Below, in pieces: positions 1 to 5,984 of a stretch of 9,663 bases of DNA (its first letter is position 1; each line of letters opens with the position of its first letter). The notes beneath the pieces are model-generated. The model worked only from the letters and a program-made list of their open reading frames with translations, was not told the origin of the DNA and did not search any database. A program made the position numbers and the translations under genes. Where the stretch lies: assembly GCA_016196885.1 (NCBI GenBank), contig JACPWU010000010.1, forward strand, positions 1 through 9,663, written 5' to 3'. The DNA comes from Chlamydiota bacterium. GTDB lineage: Bacteria > Auribacterota > JACPWU01.

Positions 1-110
1 CCGGCAGAAAAACCTACCTTGCTGGGTGAGGAGGGACAGGACCCGCCTCCTCTTAAAAGGACACACTTTTAAATACAGCATCTGCTTGTGCTCGAGGTCA
101 GGTCTTGCAA

Positions 111-899
111 TCACACATTCACCTCCCCCCTGGCCACCGTCACCGCTTGACCCCTCAAGTAGACACGATCGCCCGCGACCCTGACTCCCACAAAGCCACC
201 GCGACTGGAAGTCTGATAGCCCATCAATTCATTTTTGCCTAATCTTTTCTTCCAAAAAGGGCCCAAACAACAATGCGCTGACCCCGTCACAGGATCTTCT
301 AGAATTCCCACGCGGGGTCCAAAACACCGAGACACAAAATCATATTTTTGCGAAGAAGAAAGACTTGTCACGATCACCACGCGTGTTTCAACTTGAGCCA
401 AAATAGAAAAATCGGGTTTTAAATTTCTCACCGATTCTTCAGAGTCCAATTCCACCAAATAATCCATGCGATTTCGACCTACGTATTTGGGCTTTACCCC
501 CAATCCTTTGATCAGAGAAGCCGGGGCTTGGGCAAGAGATTCTTTCTCCGCGGGAAAATTCATTTCAATCCAAGCATCTTTTTTAAAAGCCGTTAAAAGC
601 CCGCTTCTTGTTTGAAAACGAGCCTCTTCATAAGATGCCAAAATTTTTTCCTCCCACAGAACATGCGCACTGGCCAAGGTGGCATGACCGCAAAGATCCA
701 CCTCTACTTGAGGCGTAAACCAACGCAAACGATAAACGTCTCCTTCTTGCCAAAGAAAGGCCGTTTCAGACAAATTCATTTCTCGAGCCAAACTCTGCAT
801 CCACTTTTCTTCTCGAGCCTCATTTAAAATACAAACCGCAGCGGGATTGCCCTGAAAAGGCTGGCTTGCAAAGGCATCGACATGGAATATTTTGATCAT
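111..899 (-). CDS. PhzF/YddE-family isomerase (phenazine-biosynthesis-like protein)
   Basis: 262-aa ORF with ATG at 899-897. The blocks MIKIFHVDAF..QPFQGNPAAVC, SETAF, CGHATLASAH and C-terminal EDPVTGSAHCCLGPFW match my memory of the PhzF/YddE (DAP-epimerase-like fold) family. The start codon lies only 5 nt downstream of the stop of the preceding ATPase gene. Confidence 0.85.
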   Translation of the reverse strand: MIKIFHVDAFASQPFQGNPAAVCILNEAREEKWMQSLAREMNLSETAFLWQEGDVYRLRWFTPQVEVDLCGHATLASAHVLWEEKILASYEEARFQTRSGLLTAFKKDAWIEMNFPAEKESLAQAPASLIKGLGVKPKYVGRNRMDYLVELDSEESVRNLKPDFSILAQVETRVVIVTSLSSSQKYDFVSRCFGPRVGILEDPVTGSAHCCLGPFWKKRLGKNELMGYQTSSRGGFVGVRVAGDRVYLRGQAVTVARGEVNV

Positions 900-904
900 A
901 CAAG

Positions 905-2068
905 TTACTTTGAATAGAGTTTGTTCTTACGCAGAAATTTCATACATTCTTGAAGAGGTATTACTTCTATTTTTTCTCGTAAAAGATAACTTTTAGTCCC
1001 GGGATAAATGACAGCCATTCTATCCAGTTTCAAATCTTCGAAGGCAATCGCCATAGACTTTGTTAAAGAAGGTGCATCGCCATATTTAAATTCAAACCCG
1101 TATCTTTTTCCATTCCTGATTAAAAATAAATCCAATTCCGTCCCCGCATGCGTCTTATAGTAATAGGCATCTTTTTCGGCCCTTGTGAGTCGAATGATTT
1201 CTTCAAGCGCAAAACCCTCCCAAGAAAATCCCAGTTTTGGATGAGACTGGACTTCCCTCTTTCGTTTGAGACCGAGCAAGGCATGCAAAAGGCCAGAATC
1301 CCTGAGGTAAATTTTAGGGGCCTTGACAAGCCTCTTGCCCACATTTTCAAACCAGGGATGAAGTTGTCGGATCATAAAAGCACCTGTTAGAATATCCAAA
1401 TAGCGATGGGCCGTACTTTCCTGCGTTCCCAAAGAACGTCCTAAATCAGAGGCATTCCAGATTTGTCCATGAAAATGAGCCATCATGGTCCAAAATTGAC
1501 GCAGGGCGGAAGACGGAATGCGAATTCCCAACTGGGGAATGTCTTTTTCCAGAAAAGATTGAATAAAATTGAGACGCCACGAAAAACTTTGTTCTTCTGT
1601 TTTTGCAAGAAAAGAGTTTGGAAAACTCCCCCGCAACCAAAGTGTCTCCAAGGGATGGCCCCTCACTTCTGTAAAAAGAAAACCTCCCATCTCAATGTAA
1701 GCCACTCTTCCAGCCAAGGACTCTGAAACACCGCGAACCAAATCAGGAGAGGCACTCCCCAAAATCAAAAATCTGGTAGAAAGAGGCTTGCGATCCGCAA
1801 GCACCCTCAACAAAGGGAAAAGAGAGGGTTCTCTCTGGAATTCATCAATCACGACCAACCCCTTTAAACCTTCCAACGCCAACTTTGCAATGTCCGGTTT
1901 CAGGGGATGATCCGGATCTTCAAGGTCAAAATAATTTCCTTTTTGAGATTGGTAGATGGCCTTTGCCAACGTCGTTTTCCCACATTGGCGTGGCCCCAAG
2001 AGAAGAGTCACAGGATAATGACGAAGCGAGTCGAGAACAGATTCTGCTAAAAAAGCCCTGTCTATCAT
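905..2068 (-). CDS. AAA+ ATPase with C-terminal DUF4143-type wHTH and PD-(D/E)xK-like motif (AAA_14/COG1373 type), paralogue 1
   Basis: 387-aa ORF with ATG at 2068-2066. It has Walker A GPRQCGKTT (Lys31), Walker B VVIDEFQ and ESLAGR. It also has an HRYLDIL helix typical of the DUF4143 region and a C-terminal GTELDLFL...YGFEFKY (ExD...ExK) nuclease-like signature. Confidence 0.85.
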   Translation of the reverse strand: MIDRAFLAESVLDSLRHYPVTLLLGPRQCGKTTLAKAIYQSQKGNYFDLEDPDHPLKPDIAKLALEGLKGLVVIDEFQREPSLFPLLRVLADRKPLSTRFLILGSASPDLVRGVSESLAGRVAYIEMGGFLFTEVRGHPLETLWLRGSFPNSFLAKTEEQSFSWRLNFIQSFLEKDIPQLGIRIPSSALRQFWTMMAHFHGQIWNASDLGRSLGTQESTAHRYLDILTGAFMIRQLHPWFENVGKRLVKAPKIYLRDSGLLHALLGLKRKREVQSHPKLGFSWEGFALEEIIRLTRAEKDAYYYKTHAGTELDLFLIRNGKRYGFEFKYGDAPSLTKSMAIAFEDLKLDRMAVIYPGTKSYLLREKIEVIPLQECMKFLRKNKLYSK

Positions 2069-2099
2069 CCTTGAAATCTACCATATAGACTGGTCATTT

Positions 2100-2906
2100 T
2101 CAAGGATCATTTTCATGAGGTTTTTTCTCTTTTCCAGGCACGATATATTCCTCTTTCACATCCTCTCTAAACAACTTCAGGGGAATCGTCACCTCCTGAA
2201 ATCCCATCGCATAGGGAGCGACTTGATAAGGGGCAAATATAACTTTCAAGCCTTTTGAAACCCAATTCCAACTTTTGTAATTTCTAAATTGGGGAGCCGT
2301 TCCTTTTTTAACCATGTCTTGGGGCATGCCCTTTTTCTTCAAAAGTTTTTTCTCACAATATTCGGAAATCTTTTTTAAACCTTGATCGGGATTTTTAAAA
2401 ATATCTTTTAAAGATAAGACCTTTGCCTTTTTTAAATCATAATTCATCGAAAAAGAATCATGGTTGGGATGGATGGCCCCCGCGTTATAAAGATCCGCCC
2501 GAAATAGAAGACTGAGAAAATGACTTTGAGCGTTCATCACTTCGTATTTTATTTCCAGAGTTGACAAAGACTGTGTCTCTTTCACATCGTTCAGAGACGA
2601 TTTAAATTGATTGATGAATTTTAGAATTTTGACATTTATCCCATTGTTAAATCTTTGCGTCTTTCGTCCTTGAGGTCCGACAAGAACGGGAAATACAACC
2701 TTCAATGAATAGCTCTCTGTGCGCTCTTCTCGTTCTTGGGAGACGAGATGATATTTTTTAGAGAGCATTATTTTGGTTGAATCAGCAGTTTTTTCTAAAG
2801 AAAGAGTTTCTGTCTTGACACCTTTACCAGAGCATCCACTGTTCAAACACACAGTTAAAATCAATAGATAGAAATATTTTTTCATCATTCTCCTAAGAGA
2901 GTCCAT
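2100..2906 (-). CDS. Lipoprotein, DUF3298/DUF4163 (RsiV/PdaC-like) family
   Basis: The maximal ORF is 268 aa. The real start is more likely ATG at 2885 (or 2888), because AGGAG sits just upstream (minus strand cttAGGAGAatgATGaaa). That start gives a classic signal peptide MKKYFYLLILTVCLNSG|C with a lipobox-like Cys. The C-terminal blocks HPNHDSFSMNYDLKKAKVLSLKDIF and GLKVIFAPYQVAPYAMGFQEVTIPL resemble DUF3298. Confidence 0.6.
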   Translation of the reverse strand: MDSLRRMMKKYFYLLILTVCLNSGCSGKGVKTETLSLEKTADSTKIMLSKKYHLVSQEREERTESYSLKVVFPVLVGPQGRKTQRFNNGINVKILKFINQFKSSLNDVKETQSLSTLEIKYEVMNAQSHFLSLLFRADLYNAGAIHPNHDSFSMNYDLKKAKVLSLKDIFKNPDQGLKKISEYCEKKLLKKKGMPQDMVKKGTAPQFRNYKSWNWVSKGLKVIFAPYQVAPYAMGFQEVTIPLKLFREDVKEEYIVPGKEKKPHENDP

Positions 2907-2983
2907 AGTCCATGGTCAACAGTCCATGGATAAAAACATTATAAACCATCGACCATCGACTGTGGACTATCGACTGTATTTCT
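2900..2983. repeat. Two blocks of heptamer-phased short repeats across the lipoprotein promoter and 5-prime UTR
   Basis: On a single 7-nt lattice starting at 2900 the sequence reads agtccat|agtccat|ggtcaac|agtccat|... and then tcgacca|tcgactg|tggacta|tcgactg. AGTCCATGG occurs at 2907-2915 and 2921-2929. ATAGTCCA (2905-2912) and TGGACTAT (2963-2970) form an exact 8-bp inverted pair. Confidence 0.7.
2938..2966 (-). promoter_or_regulatory. Putative sigma70-type promoter of the lipoprotein gene
   Basis: The minus strand reads TCCACA (2966-2961), a 17-nt spacer, then a perfect TATAAT (2943-2938). This sits about 45-50 nt upstream of the AGGAG/ATG. The -35 element is only a 4/6 match. Confidence 0.4.
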
Positions 2984-3127
2984 CAACTTGGATTTCGTTT
3001 TTCTTCACGCCGGCCTTCGACCTGCATTAAAAATGATTCTGACGAAGGTCAATTTGCTGTCCCCCCACCCCCTTTGTCAAAAGAAATTTCAAAACGCCTC
3101 ATGAAAAAATTTAAAGCCTCTGGACAC

Positions 3128-4267
3128 TTAACGTTCCTGATAAACGGTTGTCTGGGGATGAAACTCACTCCATCCCAACCACCATTGCCGATCCACATTC
3201 AATCGAGCTAAAGCCCGATCTGTTCCTGAAAGGGACTGACCCAAAGAATCCCAACGCATCGTCCGATCTTGACTCCTGATCTGACCGGCCTCATAAAGCA
3301 ATTCATCGTCTCTCAAAAAAGCTCGAACCGTATCTGCTGGTTCATCATAAAAAATGGTGAGAGATAAATCCCCTAAAACATCATTGACTAGAATTTTTTT
3401 TCTGAGCACCTCCAATGAATAGGCTCTGGATAAAGCCCCCAAAGAAATCCCCGCCACCTCCTCATGCATATCCAGCGCCTGATTCTTTGGGCTCAAACCA
3501 GGACTTGTCGCAAGAGGCGCGATATGTTCCAAAATCCAACACATCCAACTCTTTGGAATTCTTCCATGAAAGGGACGATCCGGCGGGTCTATTGCCAAAA
3601 AAGTTTTGGGATTGTTTTTTTTCCAAACACCCCATCGAATCTGCTCCCCACCTAAAAATTCCAACTGTTCTCCCTTTAAAGGACCGTAGAGAGCTTCACC
3701 CGTCGCCTGCTGCCAAAGTGTTTTTGTCTCGCGATCTCTCATAATAAGATTTCGCCGCCAAACCCCCTGAACTTCGAAATGAAGAACCTTCCCTTTCACA
3801 AGATTTGAATAAATCATGGGACTTCGACACGCCCCACAATAGGAAACCAGAATGGGAGTTTCCCCCAAAGTGTCATGCACCAGATGACGCGGCAGAACCA
3901 TCTCTCGAAGGGGCCAGGCACAGGCTTCACCCTTCCATTCTAAACCGATGACCCCCTCTTCCGACACCTCCAAAGAAACGATATGCAAGGGATGATCCAA
4001 CGCCACAAAAACTTTTGAAAACACAAAAAAAATTCCAAGACCACACCAAAAAAATACGATCCCAAGCGCTATCCCCGTTCCCCAACTTGGAAAAAGAAAA
4101 AAGGCCGTGAGTGTCATGGCTAAATCAAGACCCAGCGTCACCCATCGAAACAAATGATAATGTGCAATCGGGAAAAGCCCCAATCTTGGGAAAAATGTAC
4201 TCCAATAAGGGGCATGCACTCCTAAAAATCCTAAAATTGTGCTTAAAAAAATCAAAAGTGCTATCAT
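3128..4267 (-). CDS. Membrane-anchored DUF3179 domain protein
   Basis: 379-aa ORF with ATG at 4267-4265. It has three N-terminal hydrophobic helices (about aa 1-85). The soluble domain carries GEACAWPL, HLVHDTLGETPILVSYCGACRS, NLIMRDRETKTLWQQATGEALYGPLKGEQLE and the C-terminal WWLGWSEFHPQTTVY. These align with my memory of the DUF3179 consensus (..tYCPlC.., DReTgslW.q.tGeai.GpL.G, WFaW.aFhP.t.vy). Confidence 0.75.
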   Translation of the reverse strand: MIALLIFLSTILGFLGVHAPYWSTFFPRLGLFPIAHYHLFRWVTLGLDLAMTLTAFFLFPSWGTGIALGIVFFWCGLGIFFVFSKVFVALDHPLHIVSLEVSEEGVIGLEWKGEACAWPLREMVLPRHLVHDTLGETPILVSYCGACRSPMIYSNLVKGKVLHFEVQGVWRRNLIMRDRETKTLWQQATGEALYGPLKGEQLEFLGGEQIRWGVWKKNNPKTFLAIDPPDRPFHGRIPKSWMCWILEHIAPLATSPGLSPKNQALDMHEEVAGISLGALSRAYSLEVLRKKILVNDVLGDLSLTIFYDEPADTVRAFLRDDELLYEAGQIRSQDRTMRWDSLGQSLSGTDRALARLNVDRQWWLGWSEFHPQTTVYQER

Positions 4268-4275
4268 GATTTCCT

Positions 4276-4281
4276 ATTATA
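4276..4281 (-). promoter_or_regulatory. Possible -10 box immediately upstream of the DUF3179 gene
   Basis: The minus strand reads cccTATAATaggaaatcATG. A perfect TATAAT lies 8 nt from the start codon, in an A/T-rich upstream region. I found no convincing -35. AGGAA could instead be a very closely spaced SD. Confidence 0.25.
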
Positions 4282-4454
4282 GGGATTTGTAAAAAAATAA
4301 CATTGGAAAATAAAAATGCGAGGCATACTTTACAGTATGTTGAGCATGGCCGACCGAGTCTGCACGGAGAGACGAGGCGGAATCGGAGAAGAGCAGCAGA
4401 AATGTGATGAGAAACATACATGACTTTCAGTCACAAAGGGGGATGAAAATCACC

Positions 4455-4505
4455 CTTGTAGTCGCCCCATTTATGGGGCTGCCCGATGAATCGGGCGACT
4501 ACAAG
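4455..4505. repeat. 51-nt composite palindrome with A-B-B'-C-C'-A' organisation (REP-like or T-shaped hairpin element)
   Basis: Arms CTTGTAGTCGCCC (4455-4467) and GGGCGACTACAAG (4493-4505) are perfect 13-nt reverse complements. Alternatively, the outer 9 bp (4455-4463 with 4497-4505) can enclose two perfect inner hairpins. These are GCCCCAT/ATGGGGC (4464-4479) and GCCCGA-tgaa-TCGGGC (4481-4496), leaving only T4480 unpaired at the junction. Confidence 0.85.
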
Positions 4506-4532
4506 TCATCATAACTTATTGTATAAGAATAA

Positions 4533-4748
4533 CTAAAGACTATTTTTCAGATGAAATGCGGGCTAGTCCAAAAGCTTTGGGACTCTGATATCCATGAAGC
4601 ACGTCTCCTGGCCTGTTTTATAGATGACTGGAGACACGTTACCGAAAAACAAAAGGGCCATCGTTCTAGCCGAAAAAATTCAAAACCTGCGAAATGGATC
4701 GCGCGAGATGCGCTCCGCGAACTGAGAGATCCAAAGAAAATTCGTTAA
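4533..4748 (+). pseudogene. Decayed remnant of a DNA alkylation repair protein gene (PF08713/COG4912-like HEAT-repeat family)
   Basis: The frame is open only from the stop at 4530. LVQKLWDSDIHEARLLACFIDDWRHVTEKQ resembles the mid-N-terminal block (..LW.tG.HeARlLA..IdDp..vT..Q) of roughly 230-aa family members. SKPAKWIARDALRELRDPKKIR resembles their extreme C-terminus (sk.arWIA.DAlREL). About 130 codons between the two blocks are missing. A third block, NKRAIVLAEK, is readable only in another frame (4648-4677), which implies a frameshift near the A-run at 4673-4678. Confidence 0.55.
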
Positions 4749-5932
4749 AGCTCTACCTTTTCCTCTCCAAAATTTTCAAAAGTTAAAAATCTTATTTCAC
4801 ATCCTTCATATTCTAAAACGCCCGTCTGACTTTCGTTGACTACAAACGCCTTTTTCACCTGAGGATAACGCAAGAGAAAACGCCTCATTCCTCCTGGAAT
4901 TTTTAAATGGGGAAGATGACTTTTAACCTCTATAGGAATAGGTTTTCTATTTTCAAGCAGAATAAAATCTACTTCATCCCCTTCCTTTGTCCTCCAAAAT
5001 TTAATCTCCCTATTGGGCTTCATCAAGCTCTGAAGCTTTAAGAAAACAAAAGTTTCATGTAAAACCCCTTTATCCGAACGGCCTTGCACGCCAGAAAAAT
5101 CCCTTAAAATGGCATTTCGAATTCCTAAATCATAAAGATAAGCTTTACAAGATTTTTTAAGTTCATTGCCAAGATTATTGGAAAAACTGTAAATCCTAAA
5201 GCATGTAAACGTTTGTTCCAAAATATCCAAATAGCGATTGACCCCCTTGGAACTCATCTTTACTTCATCGGCCAAGGCATGAACCGATAAAAGAGACCCT
5301 TGATTTTGTGCTAAAAGATAAAGAAGATGATTAAAAGCTCGAATGTTTTCTTCTTTCACCAGAGACTTTACATCTTTCAGAATATAAGCGCTCAGAAGCT
5401 CTGTTAAAATTTTCTGTTTTCTTGCTTCTGAAGAAGCATGTGTCAAGCCCGGCATTCCTCCATAGATAAGATATTGTCCCAAAGGAAATTCATGGAAATG
5501 AATTGTCATCTCAGCATATTCAAGCGGATAAATTTGGAAAAGCATTCTTCTTCCCGCCAAACTTTCTTTTAAATGCTTATGGATTTCGAGAGAAGAAGAT
5601 CCAGAACAAAATAATTTCACCTTTGCACCGGAGTCATAAACTGCTTTTAAAATCTTGGAGGCATGGGCGATATACTGAAATTCATCTATGAAAACAACAT
5701 CCCCCGAATTCTTAATTTTCTCAACAATTTCGGCATCAGAACGATTGAACTCAGCCGTGACTTGAGGTTGCTCGAGATCATAAAAAGAGGTTCGATATCC
5801 TTTTTTGCAAACCCACTCTTCCAAAGTTTTTAGAAGCGTGGTTTTGCCGACTTGGCGAGGCCCCAGAAGAATATCAATTTCTGGTTGAGAAATTTCTTGT
5901 TCTAACTCCTTTAAAACAAAGCGATTAAGCAT
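4745..5932 (-). CDS. AAA+ ATPase with C-terminal DUF4143-type wHTH and PD-(D/E)xK-like motif (AAA_14/COG1373 type), paralogue 2
   Basis: 395-aa ORF with ATG at 5932-5930. It has Walker A GPRQVGKTT (Lys30), Walker B VVFIDEFQ, ESLAGR and NRYLDIL. The C-terminal GDEVDFILL...IPIEVKSH gives an ExD...ExK signature. It shares the motif skeleton with the 905-2068 product but little else, so the two are old paralogues. Confidence 0.85.
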   Translation of the reverse strand: MLNRFVLKELEQEISQPEIDILLGPRQVGKTTLLKTLEEWVCKKGYRTSFYDLEQPQVTAEFNRSDAEIVEKIKNSGDVVFIDEFQYIAHASKILKAVYDSGAKVKLFCSGSSSLEIHKHLKESLAGRRMLFQIYPLEYAEMTIHFHEFPLGQYLIYGGMPGLTHASSEARKQKILTELLSAYILKDVKSLVKEENIRAFNHLLYLLAQNQGSLLSVHALADEVKMSSKGVNRYLDILEQTFTCFRIYSFSNNLGNELKKSCKAYLYDLGIRNAILRDFSGVQGRSDKGVLHETFVFLKLQSLMKPNREIKFWRTKEGDEVDFILLENRKPIPIEVKSHLPHLKIPGGMRRFLLRYPQVKKAFVVNESQTGVLEYEGCEIRFLTFENFGEEKVEL

Positions 5933-5943
5933 AGATATAACTT

Positions 5944-5971
5944 ATTTTACCTTTTAGGTCAAAAAAGTCAA
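5944..5971 (-). promoter_or_regulatory. Putative sigma70-type promoter of ATPase paralogue 2
   Basis: The minus strand reads TTGACT (5971-5966), a 16-nt spacer, then TAAAAT (5949-5944). Only 11 nt separate the -10 from the ATG at 5932 and there is no Shine-Dalgarno. This implies a very short or absent leader. Confidence 0.4.
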
Positions 5972-5984
5972 CTCCTATCAGACC

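Noticed and set aside
28-52. A GC-rich hairpin, GAGGAGG-11 nt-CCTCCTC, downstream of phzF that could be a terminator.
   Set aside because: No U-tract follows on the minus strand (the sequence is acccagcaagg), and only TT follows on the plus strand. It may lie inside the 3-prime end of an unseen plus-strand gene, since plus frame 1 is open from position 1 to the TAA at 70-72. With 110 nt at the window edge I cannot decide.
3014-3048. An imperfect hairpin, CCTTCG...CGAAGG, downstream of the DUF3179 gene as a candidate terminator.
   Set aside because: It has only 6 perfect outer base pairs with a long, poorly paired interior, and no following U-run on the minus strand. The support is too weak to annotate.
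3061-3072. A C-rich tract, ccccccaccccc (GGGGGTGGGGGG on the minus strand), as a possible G-quadruplex or slippery homopolymer.
   Set aside because: It has only two G-runs and a quadruplex needs four. It is intergenic, so no frameshift-type phase variation can result.
3101-3211. A 36-codon plus-strand mini-ORF, MKKFKASGHLTFLINGC..., that looks like a lipoprotein signal peptide.
   Set aside because: It has no SD, and two thirds of it overlaps the 3-prime end of the DUF3179 gene on the opposite strand. The resemblance is limited to a short K-rich and hydrophobic start and is probably chance.
4125-4421. A 98-aa minus-strand ORF spanning the DUF3179 start region and the orphan intergenic DNA.
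   Set aside because: It overlaps the first ~48 codons of the well-supported DUF3179 gene in another frame. It has no SD and an implausible Cys/Arg/Phe-rich sequence.
4344-4513. An open frame running through the palindrome (..MRNIHDFQSQRGMKITLVVAPFMGLPDESGDYKSS*), plus the 35-codon ATG frame at 4316-4423.
   Set aside because: The first is simply the palindrome read as protein, a classic source of bogus hypothetical proteins. The second has only a weak GGAAAA upstream and no recognisable features. I retained it only as a note inside the orphan-DNA finding.
4511-5946. A 10-bp exact direct repeat, ATAACTTATT, at 4511-4520 and 5937-5946. It neatly brackets the pseudogene plus ATPase 2, as a target-site duplication would.
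   Set aside because: A 9.6-kb window has about 4.7e7 position pairs against about 1e6 possible 10-mers. Dozens of chance 10-mer matches are therefore expected, and more for A/T-rich words. No terminal inverted repeats or transposase accompany it, so it is not evidence on its own.
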